The notes: generated by a model not told the origin, from the sequence alone. Shown: positions 1 to 13,695, counted from the stretch's first letter. The stretch is DNA of 64,000 nt from Azolla caroliniana (GCA_043228905.1 JBHGNT010000015.1:1674001-1738000), one strand, 5' to 3'. Numbers and translations: made by a program.

Positions 1-1449
1 GGGTCACCACTTCTGTTGTGGGTTGATTTGCCCCCCATGTACATGAAACTCTATTCTGAAGCTTTCTCAAATGACTATTCAAGAATGATCATTTGTTTAA
101 GCTTTTCGCACTTCTGTCAGCCAATGGAGCACAAGATGGGATTGTGGACATTGATATATAGCGAAAAACGCAGTATGATAGCTACAAATTGTTTCTTATC
201 CATGATTGGTTTTAACATCTATTTCTAAAACTACAATTTTGAAAAATAAACGTGGCCATGTAGTTTGAACACCTTGATCTGTATATTAAAATAGACTAAC
301 TAAAGAATCCAAACAGAAGCATGGAACCATCAAGACAAACATTGATCCATATATCAAATCATATAATAATGTTATTGATGATATGCCCATTGTGAAAGCA
401 GAAAACAGTTACATGAAAACAATATTCAAACATCTGTCCAAATATCAAAATCAGCTGATTACAGATAAAATACCTGTATATCAAATTAAAATGTCTTGTT
501 ATACCAGTGGATATTATTTTATTTCATGGTGTAAGATCCAAGCAGTGGAGGAATACAACGATGAGGATTCAGATGACAATCTGTTTATTAATTTGTGAAT
601 AAATGGTTGGTTCACAAAACATCCATCAACTACTACCAACAATTGTGATGTTACCGAAGGAACATGTGACTCATTTTCACATCATTAAAACAAGATCATA
701 AGAAGATATTTTGTTCGGCGCGATGCATTTTACAATCAGATTTGTTAATTCACACTATAGTTAGGATCATTGTGATGTTTTTTTCAATGGAAACCACTCT
801 ATTGATTGGTTTTGTCCTGGTTCTATGTTATGCCATTTTTCAGGATATTTTTTCACAACTCATTAAGTTTATCAAAACGCGAATCAAGTCATATAACAAA
901 TTTTGCACAAACTATATTTTAAAACCTTTTGATTGAAGACAATTTTCAATGAGTTAGGATTAATTCTTTAAAATCAGCCTATATGTCCTTGAACATAATG
1001 TGAATGAGACCACTAGTTTGTGGTGATAGTAAAATGAGCATGTCTTGGTGCAATACTCTCCCCATAGATCATGTTAAGAACCATTACATGTAGTAAACTG
1101 AGTCTCTTAGTTGGATGACCGCCACTATATGTGTATGTTTTCAATTAAACTTCTTGTTAACTCCACAACAAAGGTAGATAAAATTAAATGATTTTTGTTC
1201 CCTTTGTTCATTGATTATTTTGTTCATCTTAAGTGTAACAAGTGCTACTGATGGGAATGCCATAAGTGATCATTTTGGGGCTGCATCTTACTTTGGGGAT
1301 TTTGAGTCTTTTCATTGATAATATAACTTGAGTTTTTTCTGAATAAGGGTTGTATACTAGCACTTAGTCAATGTTTTACTAGCTAGGCCTCTAGGTTCAA
1401 ATCTCGCCTCTTGTACTACAAATGTAAAGAGTTACATAATACACACACA

Positions 1450-1453
<4 letters not shown>

Positions 1454-1511
<58 letters not shown>

Positions 1512-1577
1512 TTGAAAACACACAATTACATAAAAGATATTGAATCACCAATAGGCAAGATTGGACACTCCACCAAG

Positions 1578-1636
<59 letters not shown>
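1454..1636. repeat. Two (CT)n microsatellites (~1454-1507 and ~1580-1636)
   Basis: Pure CT dinucleotide runs visible in the sequence. Confidence 0.95.
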
Positions 1637-1640
<4 letters not shown>

Positions 1641-1802
1641 CATTCCTATGTCTCGCCGCCTCCATGTATTCCGTGGATTGTGTATCTGTGCCCTCTCATG
1701 GTCTTGGACTAGGGAGTATGAAGGGATAGAGAAGACCCGAGGTTTGCTTTACGACAATATTACTTCTCGACCCCTTCTCGAGCAAGGGCTCTTTGCCCCT
1801 TT

Positions 1803-2960
1803 TGTGGGGCCGATGGCTTTCGTTGATCACGACTCGTCGAATTTTCGAGATCACCGCACGAGCCAAGTGGTCAAACAGGTACAAGCAAAGATGAACACGC
1901 AAGATGAACGCACAAGGGGACAAGAACACAAACATAAATGCTCGTACGTCTTTATGAGGAGAGGTGCATGGGCATGTCCGAACGCTCCCTCGTCACAAGA
2001 CGTCGAATGTACAAGGAAAGGGACGAGAATACAAACACAAATGCTCGTACGTCTTTATGAGGAGGAGAGGTGCATGGGCACGCCCGAAACACTCCCTCAT
2101 CACAAGATGACCGAACATACAAGGGGACGAGAACAAAGAAAGAAAGAAAAACACGAATGATATTGACTAAAGAAATAAAGATGTGTTCGATTCCAATGCA
2201 AGAGGGCCCTTTATAAAATAGGGTTTGATTACAAAGTGGCGACTTCTAGTTAGCCACAAGTTCAACAAAACACGAATAGTGAATGCCCTTCGAGACAAGA
2301 GTAAATCCGAACACCGAGCATGAATATGAAGAAGACGAGCACACCGCACCACAAAAATGCCGATCCTAACGAAATACAACCATGGTCACGAGAATACAAA
2401 CACAAATGCTCGTACTTCTTTATGAGGAGGAGAGGTGCATGGGCACGCCTGAAACACTCCCTCATCACAAGATGACCGAACGTACAAGGGGACGAGAACA
2501 AACAAAGAAAGAAAAACACGAATGATATTGACTAAAGAAATAAATATGTGTTCGATTCCAATGCAAGAGGGCCCTTTATAAAATAGGGTTTGATTACAAA
2601 GTGGCGACTTCTAGTTAGCCACAAGTTCAACAAAACACGAATAGTGAATGCCCTTCGAGACAAGAGTAAATCCGAACACCGAGCATGAATATGAAGAAGA
2701 CGAGCACACCGCACCACAAAAATGCCGATCCTAACGAAATACAACCATGGTCACGACCATCCGAACGGCGAGTACACGGGCTCGCAACGACAAACATGGG
2801 AGCAACACCTATCCAACGAGGCTCGAGCTCATGAGCACCGTAAACGACCCGAGCACTTCGGGCATCAACACGAAAAAGATGAGCACGTGGCGATGAGGGG
2901 ATTAAGGGGTACCCCCCTCGACCTCTTTTTATAGGAAAACAAGGAAGGGGGGTCGCCACA
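1803..2960 (-). mobile_element. Putative LTR-retrotransposon LTR fragment (Tat/Ogre-like) with internal tandem duplication
   Basis: GC-richer island bounded by TGTGG(1803)...CCACA(2960), with GTGGCGAC/GTCGCCAC motifs and a minus-strand TATA near 2930. No TSD found, so boundaries and class are tentative. Confidence 0.35.
2023..2752. repeat. 365-bp direct tandem duplication
   Basis: 2023-2387 and 2388-2752 are near-identical with a few substitutions. Matching ORF-track entries 2167..2379 and 2532..2744 are offset by 365. Confidence 0.95.
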
Positions 2961-5900
2961 TTTGTCTTCAATGCAAAAGGAATAAAATTTCTTAAATCAC
3001 ACTACATTGTAGGACCAAATTTGAGCCATGCACCTTTAACTAGGAATCAATATATCCATCCACCCATTTCTTTTGCATGTGCACACACATTGCACATGCA
3101 CATTTTGACCACCCCTTTCACCAGTTTTTCCCACACTCGAGCATGCCACATCACAACAACATATGGTAGCACAAGCTTTGGTAGATTATTCTTTCATGTT
3201 TCTACAAGAGTCATGTGAGAATCTTGAGAAGGGGATTTACGTGTGGGACTAATTTGCCTTGATGTCCATATTGCAAATTAATTGAATGAAGTCTCGCCTC
3301 ATCTTGTGTATTGAGAGGGATTTGGAATGTTTATGATGGCAAGCATGTGTTGTTGGAAAACACTACATTTTTTTATTATTGGGAATGAATGTTATGAATG
3401 CCCAATTAATCGATTGGATGACTAGGAAGTTGAGGGATAAGTTCGCCTTGATAAAAATATATGGTGGGATATAATTATTTTTTAACCCCATTGTATGCAT
3501 TTAACTATGAAACAAAAGATCAATTGACATAATCATAAGCTTTCTCCAAACCTAGCCCAACCATATTCAATTCAGATTACTATGCCAGGTATAATCCACT
3601 ATCATTTGAAATTTTATCACATTAGGCAAAATATTATACATATAATGAAACTTTGGCAAGTACTTTTGTAGTCTGTTTTCCAATACCTTTGTAAATACCT
3701 TACATAACTCCCGATCAAAGAAATCGAGTCTCTTACCACTAGGAAGATGACTTAAAACAATGACTGCCTCATCCTCTCTCAAATTTGATCCAATTCATGT
3801 CAAAGGGGTTCATGCACAATACATTCACACATATCATAAAATTCATGATGTGTTTTAATCACCTCATTTGTCATAATACAATTGCAAACCAAGAAACCAG
3901 ATAAAGTAATTAACATATATTGGAATTATTATGACCAAATCCAATATAAATCATCCCATGACGCAACACCTAAAAAAGCTAATGAAATAGACAATGATTG
4001 TCTATTTCCAACATGTCATGCACATCCTCATCAAGGCATGCTTTTGCACCATTCTTATTCTCCTATACTATATCAAATAACAATGTATTGAAAAATTTCC
4101 ATAAATGCACATGGTTAGGATCATTCTTGTGTGACCATCTTCTACACATGTTGCCTAAACCTATGTCAATTTGTTTCCACCAATTTCCTCAATACCCTTC
4201 ATTCTCAGTCTCATACCCATTCTCCTCTACTATATCAAACAACAAGGTATTGGCAATCCCCCCTACATACCTTGTGTGGCCCTCTTTTATGCTTGTTGTC
4301 ACAATGTATTTCGATTTGTTTCCACTTATTTCATCAACACCTTCAACCTTTTGAATCTCTCCAATTCTTCGCTTGAATGATTACATTCTTTTTTAAACAG
4401 AAACTTGTCAGTTTGAAATGAATGAAAACAAATAAAGAATACACCATGAAGTTCACATTGTGTGTTGACAAGGCCTACAAATTGTCTAGAGGTGACTTTA
4501 GGGTAGTCAAGTAAAGTATGCCCACAACTATATTCAAGAATGACATACATTTCATCCTTCAGCCTTTGTAGGAAAACAACGATAGACTATCCTTTGGTTG
4601 TTACGAAAACTTCATTGTAAGTCTACAAATATAAGATCCCACATTCTCTTTCTCAAACTGAATGGTTGTGCATCTCTCCATTTGTTCAACAAAGTAATGG
4701 TACATCACCCCACATGCCTATATTGAAATTGTTCAATACAATTGAGAAATCACGTTTTTCAACAACATATCATATCCTCTTTGTCATCATCATACCATAT
4801 AATTTTCTTGAACTACACATTCTACAAGTGTATAAAGAAAGCAATTACCTCCTGGCCACCACCATAGATCCCCTTTTTCAACACGAATATCCCATTATTT
4901 ATACCAATCCACCATCCCCACCTTCTTCCTAGGAAGGTGTGACCACATTCCTACTTTTCCAAGACCTAACCATGTTCCAAGTAATGTGTTGCATTGGTGT
5001 ATTGCACTGATTGTGGATTAAGTCATGTCACCCAAGACCTAATACTAGTCCAACATGAACACATGCATGATAAATTAAATATATGTGTATGTCAACCATT
5101 GTTGTATTCACCATCTGTTTAATCTAATTATCATATGCAGATCATTTTATTTGCACACATTGATGTATATCAGTACATTGTGCTAATGTTATAGGGAAGT
5201 GTAGATATCCAAGTGGTGTGTTTGTGTTTAGCAAAAGGTAATTATTATTATTTGATAACCACAACCTATGTGTGTTCTACTATAGCTCCTACTAAATTAA
5301 TAAGGTAAGATATGCACATTGATGTCAATCAAAGTATCATTCTAGTGTTTTAAAAAGATTTTGAACGAAAATGTTTTCCAGCAATAAATTAGAGCGAGTA
5401 AAAAGTATAATATTGTTGCATGGTGAAGAATGATGTTAATAGAAATGTTTCCTAAAACAAGAAACATTTGGAAACTCTTTCTTGCAATATGTATAGTAAA
5501 GGTAAAATCATTTTCCAAGAAAACACTTGGTTCATGGATGCTCAAAGTGTTCAGATCAAGGAGATTTCATAGCACATTAAAACATCTACATTCCTACATA
5601 CAAGTTGCAATCAATTAGTCATGAGGTACACTTGCTTGGGACAATGCCATTGAATTGAGATTAACACTACACACAGTATATATATCCAAGTGTCAACGTT
5701 GTCACATACATGAGTGACTGATTAAACTTTTAATTTGCCAACGTGTCATCATCTAAGCACATAATTCAAACTTGGTGCATTAATCATGGATGTATGAACA
5801 TGCAATTAGGATGCTAAGTGTTGACGTAACCACTGATATATATTAGGCTTACTCAAATATGAAAGTAATGCTAGTCGATGCTACATGGCAACACAAAGTT

Positions 5901-6500
5901 TGAATACACGCTTGCTTAGAGCCCACCCTAAGTGGATATCAGTTAAAAACAGAAAAGTTTCACCTACTTACCACTTTTAAAAAGAGGTTAGATAATACAC
6001 TTAACATCCTTAAAGAGCATAATTTGTTTAGGTGAGTAGCAAAAGTTAAAGGAGAAGTTTTTTTATTGCTTAGGTGCTCTTCAAAAACACACTAAATCCT
6101 TCAATTGTTCATGAAATTCCAAGCCTTAATTATATATAGGCTTTTTTTTTACTTACCTACTAGATCAACTAAAACATGAGTTTTGAGGCATTTTGTGTGT
6201 GAAGAACTTCCATGATGTGGAAGAAGAAGATCAAGTTTAAAAAAATAAGGTAGGGCTTTCTTTGTCTCTTTTGTAAACCAAACACGAATCAAATCAATCT
6301 GTGAGGATGCAGCTTCTTAAAAAACCCTAAATATAAAGAAGAAATGTAGGTGTTTTTCAGTTGTGTAATATTTTAACCAACTTGGGTCACAATCTTAAAT
6401 AGATGAGAATTGAGAAGATTTAACAGTGTCTAGACAAATGATTCTCAAAACTCAAAAAGAAGAAGAAGAAGAGACATGAGATCAATTTAATCCCAAAACA

Positions 6501-7050
6501 CTAGAAAGAAGGGAAGAGCAAAGAGATGGAGAGGAAGAGGAAGGCTTGAGCAAAGAAAATGGTGGTGATGGTGAGCAGAGATGATGGAGATGCCGAATTC
6601 TCCGACTTCTTGGAGGTGTCCGAGGATAAGCCCGATGATGTAGCGTTCTTCGTCACATTCACACCCACTTTCATGCCATTGTTGCAGTTGTTTGCATCCA
6701 CAAAGTAGAACCACCCTGTCTTGTTGAGGGGTACCTGTGTCCTCCCACTCTTGGTTGTCCAGTTGTATATCCAGTCATGCCCACTCCACATGCTAATGGT
6801 GCAGTTCGTGTATACCGAGAAATTCACCTGAAACACTGAATACTGCATGTTCTCTGGATAGTGGAAACCTGCATTCATACACACATACACACACAGAGGA
6901 GGAGGCAAAACATATGGGGTTAGAGGGCTTTTGATAATCTCAATGTATTTGATGTGCATAGGTGTATGTGTAAGTATGCATATGCCATGTTTGATGAGTA
7001 TATGTATGTGTGTATGTGTATGTGTATATGTATATGCATATATGTATATG

Positions 7051-7094
<44 letters not shown>

Positions 7095-7350
7095 GTGTAT
7101 CTAACAGATATGGAGCGTAATGAAATGATTTACTAAAAACAAAAAAACAATGTGTATGGTGCATGTGTCTTGAGCAAAAATCAAGCTGAATGAAATGATT
7201 TAGTATAAGCCAAAAGTTGATGGAAAAGGAGCCAGCTAATAAACAACTCATATGGAAGAGTCATGGAAAAGGAGGTAAAAAGGAAGTCATGGAAAAGAAA
7301 AATAAAAAGACTCTCTCAATATATGTATATGTATATGTATATAGTATATG

Positions 7351-7393
<43 letters not shown>

Positions 7394-8183
7394 GTATATA
7401 GTATATGGTATATGTATATGTATATGTATATGGTATATGGTATACGGTATACGGTATACGGTATACGGTATATGTATATGCATATGGCATTTGGTATATG
7501 TATATGTATATGGTATAGGGTATACATATGTATATGGTATATGGTATATGGTATATGTATATGTGTAGACTAATGGATGCTTTTTTTAAGTCATAATGCC
7601 CTGTATATGATTAGGGCACTTCTTTGCTCTAACTGGTATATATGCATATCCTAAATCTCAGAGGAGAAGACTTGGTGAAGTGATATATACCATACATTAA
7701 CGCACTACTAATCACTAACGCTCCGAGAAGTAGAGATCTGAAGCAGCAGTAGCTGGATTTGAACTTGAGTGGGTCATGAATGTGAGGGCATGGAAAGCAG
7801 GCAATCTTTCTAGATATGGAGCCTCAAAAATGGCCTCAGAAAAAGAAAAAAGAAAAGGAGTCCATACATTGCCCTAAGAAATGTCTCATGTGTCTCAGAA
7901 ACCAGAGCTTTAATGGAAGCTTTCTTACAGACCCAGGAATGAGGGAGGAGGAGAACTTACTTATTAAGTCGTCGAGATAGAACTTCTGAGATTGAGCCCA
8001 CACAGTGTAGTTGAGATGGGCATCCGGCCCTGCATTAAGTGGAGGTTGCCATCCACGGTTAGCTCCAACAATGTGGTCTGTTGCGAGGGAGCAGTGAGGG
8101 AGGAAGGAGAAGAAGAAGAAGGAGGAGAAGGAGAAGAAGATGAAGGAGAAGGAGAAGGAGGAAGCTCTGTGTTGAAGCTCCAT
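6501..8183 (-). CDS. Early nodulin-like phytocyanin (plastocyanin-like domain, ENODL17/'lamin-like' type), secreted and likely GPI-anchored, 196 aa
   Basis: Exons 8183-7961 and 6868-6501 join via a GTAAG...TGCAG phase-1 intron. Protein has a signal peptide, ATDHIVGANRGW...NYTVWA...DLISFHY...YSVFQVN...YTNC...PLNKTGWFYF...C..GMKV, a Ser-rich linker and a hydrophobic C-terminus. Confidence 0.9.
7001..7566. repeat. Intronic (TATATG/TATGG/TACGG)n simple repeats (~7001-7095 and ~7320-7566)
   Basis: Visible hexa/heptanucleotide arrays inside the phytocyanin intron. Confidence 0.9.
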
Positions 8184-8541
8184 TGGAGTGAAGAAGAAAG
8201 GGGCAGGAAGAACAGAGAGCAAGGGGTTAGAACTTAGAAACAGAGGAGGAAGCAGGGGAGGAGAGAGACTGAGAGATACACAGACACAGAGAAGAGAAGA
8301 GAAGAGAAGAGAGAGAGAGAAGAGAGAGAGAATGAAAGGGACTGGCAAAACCATATTTTGTAGCTCATTATCATTTGCTTTTTGCCTTTTTGCTTTTTTT
8401 TGCTTTTTGCTTTTTTTGCTTTTTGGCTTTTTGGCTTTCGGCTTTGTTTGAATTGAATTGAATTGTGTGGTAGTTGATCATCGTGAGGTGGGGGTTAAGT
8501 GAAGAGCCTCAAGATTTGTATGGTCAAGTCAATAGTTTGTC

Positions 8542-8971
8542 TAGCAATGGGCACGGGTTTCGGCTCAAACCGAACCGAACCGAACCGTTAAGTCATGGCT
8601 TAACGGTTTATTGGTTCAAAGATAAATAAATCGTTCAGTTTGGTTTCAAATATTATGATCTGGTTTGGTTTCGGTTCGGTTCGGTTTTGAATTTCATGGT
8701 TTAGCGGCTTTTCGGTTTGGTTTTGAATTTCACGGTTTAGCGGTTTCGGCTTATGTGGTTTGGTTTAAAGGTTTGAAAGTTTATCGGTTTATCGGTTTGG
8801 TTTGGTTTTGATTTATGATAAACCGATTTGGTTTGGTTCTAAATTTTTCATAAATGGTTCGGTTTAAACGGCTTTATAAAATTAAAACAGTTTGGTTTGG
8901 TTTTTAATATAAATAAATGGTTGGGTTTGGTTTCAAGGCCAAAAAACCGAACCGAAGCTCGCCCATTACTA
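8542..8971. mobile_element. hAT-superfamily MITE, AACCG/CGGTT-rich
   Basis: TIRs TAGCAATGGGC...GCCCATTACTA. Perfect 8-bp TSD AGTTTGTC at 8534-8541 and 8972-8979. Confidence 0.9.
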
Positions 8972-11442
8972 AGTTTGTCGATAGTTTGCTCGAGCCTCAA
9001 TTTCTTGTATAATCAATCGATAGTTTGCTCAGAGGTTCATGGCACACACATCCCACAACCTGCGCCGAAAAACCAAGACAACGATTCTTCCATCTGAGGA
9101 CGTGGGCATCGCTTTGCCTCCTCCTGGAACACCTCTTGGAACAGAATCGCGCCAATGGCTTCTTTCCTTGCACATGTACACTCTCCCTTCGTGCTGCTTT
9201 CTGGAATTGGATGGCCACTACCGTGGCAACACCCCGACATTATTCGTGGCATCTTCGATTCATCCACATTGTAGAATAGAACAGAGCGGTACTTTTAAAA
9301 ACATTCACTTTGGCTACTAGCCATCGATTGCAATGTGGCAAAAATCGAAATCGTGTGCACACTAGCATATTGCTTTTAAAAGGATTGGGTCCTTTATGGT
9401 TTGTAATTGTTCTAATGACTTGGAGAAAGAGAACACAACCCCTAAAATATATGATCGTACAAGAAATGTAACCTCTTTTATGGAAAGCCTCTAGACTCTA
9501 GAGTATGCTATGAAGAGGGAGTATCACTGCCAACTATTCTTCAGTCATTAGGATCAAAGAACTGTTCTCACCATTGCCTTAGCGAAACATTGTGCATTCT
9601 CTATAGTGAATGAATTTGTAAAGCCAACACATGGTTTCTAAATATGAAACCAATGGTGTTGTTTCTAATGCTACTATAGTGAAAAGACAATACATAAAGC
9701 CATACTTTAAGGAGAAAACCTTGTGTACTTGGTAAAGACAGATGTCAATGATAAACTAATTGCCTTGCATAAACACACCCGAGACTCATGAATATATTTA
9801 TTCTCAGGTCAATAATGGAGGTCTTGGCGATTTGATGGTTATAAATATTATGTTATATAACTAACCGCACGTGAGGTATTGTGTGCGTGCCGGACCTATA
9901 TGTGTTTGCTTTTGTGCATCTTGTAAATATGTATGTAATAATGTATGTATCTATGCATTTGCATGTGCAAACATGCATGCACACATTGTTAACTCTTTGC
10001 GAATCTTGTTAAAAATATCGAGGCAATGCCTTGACATTGAATTTTAGTATGCAATGCTTTGTTTTAAATTGTCGAAAGGAATTGATGCATGGATATGTTA
10101 TCTATTTGCAATACGTGGATAATCTTTGAAAATATCTTTATGTTACATAGTATCCTAGGCATTCCAATATTGAATAACACGTCTTCCTTTTCGTTATATT
10201 GGTGTCATAAGCCAAGCTCTATTTTTTTTTCATGAAAAATTATAAGCCAAGCTCTATTTAAGAAATATATTTCGACCTTACTCATATTACATGTTGTGTG
10301 TGCCTTTAAAATATGAACAAGGGTTATAACTTTACGAATGGATTGATATTGCCATGGTTACACTTAGAAAGAAATCATTCCAAAAACTAATTGGTTCCCA
10401 AAAAGACCTGACAAATAGACGAATCCATTATGGGTGAAAAAAGTCCTTGAATGTAATATGGTTTGGCTTACCGTACTATATGCTTCTAACAACTTCTTAT
10501 TTACAAGCAATCAACATTCAAATGTCAAGCACGAACAATTGTCGAGAAGGAGAAAGCTTGAATTTGAATATCTTGTGTTTTTACTATCCCATACATAACA
10601 AATGCAAAAATTTACACTCTCAAAACAAACACACACAAGAACTTTGCATAGACAATATTGATCATTATATAACACACGAGATTGCTCTAGATATATTCAA
10701 CTAGAGGCCTAGGTTACCAAAGTTTTGATCGCATCAATTATTTTGGTGTGCCTTCTATCAAATACTTTAAAACCAACACCCATAACTTTCTACATAAACA
10801 TCGCTGCAATTCAAACAATCTTCTAGTTTTTTGACGAGCAGTAACCAACCCATTTCCACAGTTTCCAAGTTATTGTTGCACCAACATTTGGGCGGAAGTC
10901 AAGCGAAGTAGTCACGGACTTCTGTTGATTGATCATGCCCACAATGCATCCGTATATGAAATGTACAAGATCATGGCACAAAGCCAAATCCGATTAGTGA
11001 AAAACCAAAGAGGTCATGCCAATGCAATCATACATGGAACTTAGTACAAATAACCGAATCATGTCACGACCACATACATCGTGTATATACATGTAATGAT
11101 GTATCGAGTAACCAGCCCTTTTGTGGTAATGTATCTGAAAAACCTTTAGCTCTGGTATGGGCACGGTTCGGTTCGGTTCGGTTTCGGTTCCTATGTATGC
11201 ATATAATCGTGCCCATTCGGTTTATGCACAGCCACTTTGTCCAGGAAGGAGTACATATATGTATGCATATGCTAGGAGGAACTCCACAAACCAAATGCCA
11301 AAACTTTATCATGCCTTCCTCCCCCTCCCTGTTCATGGGTAATTTTGGAATCCCCTGTTTCTGAAGTTTCTGCAGCCATGGTGTTGTTCTTCCTAGCAGG
11401 TAAGGTTCTGTTTACCCTCCTTAACTTATCAGGTAATGGAAC

Positions 11443-13695
11443 ATGATGATGTGCATACAATGGGCTTCCTTGCCATCCCATAGCTCAATGAAATGGAGAG
11501 AACTGATGAGCTTCAGGTGCACTTGGCTCCAATCATATAGGTGGCCTTCACAACTTAGTCTGTGCACTTATTCTGTGGATACTCCCGATGGAAAAGGGGT
11601 CAAAAAAGTGTCGGGGAATCTAGTCGAAAAAGCATCTTCAGACCGGTATATTGTAAATCTATGTAACCAAGGTCATTTGAAGCAAGCACTTTACATGTTG
11701 ACCCAAGACGGTGTGAATGTAGGGCATTCTGCTTTAGTATGCCTTATACAAAGTTGTAGTTCCATGCTCTCTATTCGAGAAGGCATGTATCTCCATTATC
11801 ATTTAGTTAGTGGTTTTCTCTTCTTTGACGAAGATATATTCTTGGAAAACATGATCATGAGAATGTATGATAAATGTGGTAGCCTTCTTGATGCAAAAAG
11901 CTCGTTTGACGTGATGAAACGTAGAAATATTGTGTCATGGAACATGATAATGGGTGCATATTCCACCCGCGGCCAAAGAAAGGAGGCATTTCATTTGATA
12001 TCTCGAATGCTTCTTGAGAATTCCGTAAAACCTGATAAGGTCACATTCATCATTGTGCTAGGCGTATGTGGTAATATATCACCAGTTTCTGATGTTAGGA
12101 TGCTCCATGGGTCTATTATCGAAACAGGTATTGAAGGTGATGTAACAATAGGAAATGTACTTATAAATGTGTATAGTCGGTTGAATGTTTTGGAGGATGC
12201 TTGTGGGATTTTCAATCGAATGCCCTCTCGAAATATCATCACTTGGAATACTTTAATTTCAGCTCATGCAATGATTCCCGGACATGAGCATGTTTCCCTC
12301 CAATTGTTTCGGATGATGCACTCTGAAGACATAGCAAGGGATAAGGCCACATTCATGAGTAGTTTGAATGGGTGTATGAATTGGAAAGTTCTTGTGGATG
12401 GTAGATTGATTCACTTTGAAATATGTCAAGACAGGCTAGAGTCTGACCTCATGATTGGCACGGCTTTGATAAAAATGTACGGGCGATGTGAGAGCTTGGC
12501 CGATGCTTGTTGCATATTTGAGAGGATGATGCCGAAGACTGATGTTATCTTGTGGACTACCATGATTGCAGCGTATATCCAACAAGGCCACAATAAAGAG
12601 GCTCTCCAATTCTACTATAGAATGAAACATGAGGGGGTTAAACCTAATAAAATCACATTGGTAACCATTCTTAATGCGTGCACAAAACTCGGTATGTATA
12701 TTGAAGGAAAAACAATCCATGATTGCATTCCGGAGAAAGAAGTAATATCTGACATTATTTTGAGCAATGCGCTCATCACAATGTATCAAAAATGTGGGAG
12801 TTTTATAGATGCGGAAGAGCTGTTTGTAAGGATGCCCAAGAAAGATGTTGTTTCTTGCACTGCCATGATTGCATCATATGCAGAGCAAGGTCGTGGCTTT
12901 GACGCACTCTTTTTATTCGAAAGAATGTTACAGATGGGAGTAAGTCCGGACAAGTTCGCTTTTAGTAGTGTGCTTGATGCATGTGCTAGCATATCAGCCC
13001 TGTCTGATGGTAGGATTCTATACTCATTAGTGATCGAGAGTGGAGTCGATTGTGACCGTGTTCTTGGAAATTCGCTAATTAGCATGTACGGGGAGTGTGG
13101 GATCATGCAAGATGCATATAACATGTTCACAAAACTCAAGGATCCAGATAACATATCGTGGAGTGCCATCATAAGTGCTTATGCTAACCATGGATCTTGT
13201 GAAGACGTTCTGAGATTATTCCAGGGATTACAAGAGCAAGGATTGAAACCGAGTAAAATAACCTACATTAGTGTTCTATGTGCATGTAGCCATGCCGGTG
13301 CTATTAACACAGGCTATACATACTTTGCCTCTATGATTGCGGAGGGGCAGTGCATTCTACCAACTTATGAACATTATATGTGTATGATTGACCTTGTAGG
13401 TAGGGCAGGATGTGTTGAGGAGGCAGAGCATATTGTAGTTAAAATGCCTCTACAACCTGATGCCATATTGTGGAATACATTACTTGGAGCTTGCAGAGTG
13501 CATCAAATTGCGGATAAGGGGAGATTGGCTGCAGATCACGTTCTTGAACTCGATAAGGAGAATGAGGTAGCACATGTGGTGTTGGCAAATCTATATGCCT
13601 CCTCTGGTAGATGGGACGAAGCATTAATGGTGAAGAAAGCGATGATGGTCGCCACAAAGAAACCATTACGAGTTTTCGAATCGAGCCTTGCTTAG
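11443..13695 (+). CDS. Pentatricopeptide repeat protein, PLS subfamily with E domains (no DYW), 750 aa, putative organellar RNA-editing factor
   Basis: Single long ORF with repeated P-L-S motifs (NALITMYQKCG, DVVSCTAMIASYA, PDKFAFSSVLDAC), ACSHAG, EHYMCMIDLVGRAG, WNTLLGACRVH, LANLYASSGRW. N-terminal extension resembles a transit peptide. Confidence 0.93.
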   Translation: MMMCIQWASLPSHSSMKWRELMSFRCTWLQSYRWPSQLSLCTYSVDTPDGKGVKKVSGNLVEKASSDRYIVNLCNQGHLKQALYMLTQDGVNVGHSALVCLIQSCSSMLSIREGMYLHYHLVSGFLFFDEDIFLENMIMRMYDKCGSLLDAKSSFDVMKRRNIVSWNMIMGAYSTRGQRKEAFHLISRMLLENSVKPDKVTFIIVLGVCGNISPVSDVRMLHGSIIETGIEGDVTIGNVLINVYSRLNVLEDACGIFNRMPSRNIITWNTLISAHAMIPGHEHVSLQLFRMMHSEDIARDKATFMSSLNGCMNWKVLVDGRLIHFEICQDRLESDLMIGTALIKMYGRCESLADACCIFERMMPKTDVILWTTMIAAYIQQGHNKEALQFYYRMKHEGVKPNKITLVTILNACTKLGMYIEGKTIHDCIPEKEVISDIILSNALITMYQKCGSFIDAEELFVRMPKKDVVSCTAMIASYAEQGRGFDALFLFERMLQMGVSPDKFAFSSVLDACASISALSDGRILYSLVIESGVDCDRVLGNSLISMYGECGIMQDAYNMFTKLKDPDNISWSAIISAYANHGSCEDVLRLFQGLQEQGLKPSKITYISVLCACSHAGAINTGYTYFASMIAEGQCILPTYEHYMCMIDLVGRAGCVEEAEHIVVKMPLQPDAILWNTLLGACRVHQIADKGRLAADHVLELDKENEVAHVVLANLYASSGRWDEALMVKKAMMVATKKPLRVFESSLA

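Noticed and set aside
1340-1420. SINE-like B-box (GGTTCAAATC); similar A-box hint at ~15240-15310
   Set aside because: Only one box is convincing in each case, and there is no TSD or tail.
1432-2971. Several ORFs up to 199 aa
   Set aside because: Derived from (CT)n tracts and a duplicated non-coding LTR-like region; no recognisable domain.
3250-5200. Possible very decayed MULE/SWIM transposase on the minus strand
   Set aside because: Only short suggestive peptides (e.g. HKNDP, YTWH); no continuous frame or TIR, and not supportable without a profile search.
6940-7573. ORFs rich in YI/CI/YM dipeptides
   Set aside because: Translations of intronic microsatellites.
8997-9320. GC-richer segment with short Cys-containing ORFs (also 37850-38400)
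   Set aside because: No recognisable domain or splice structure; probably TE debris but unassignable.
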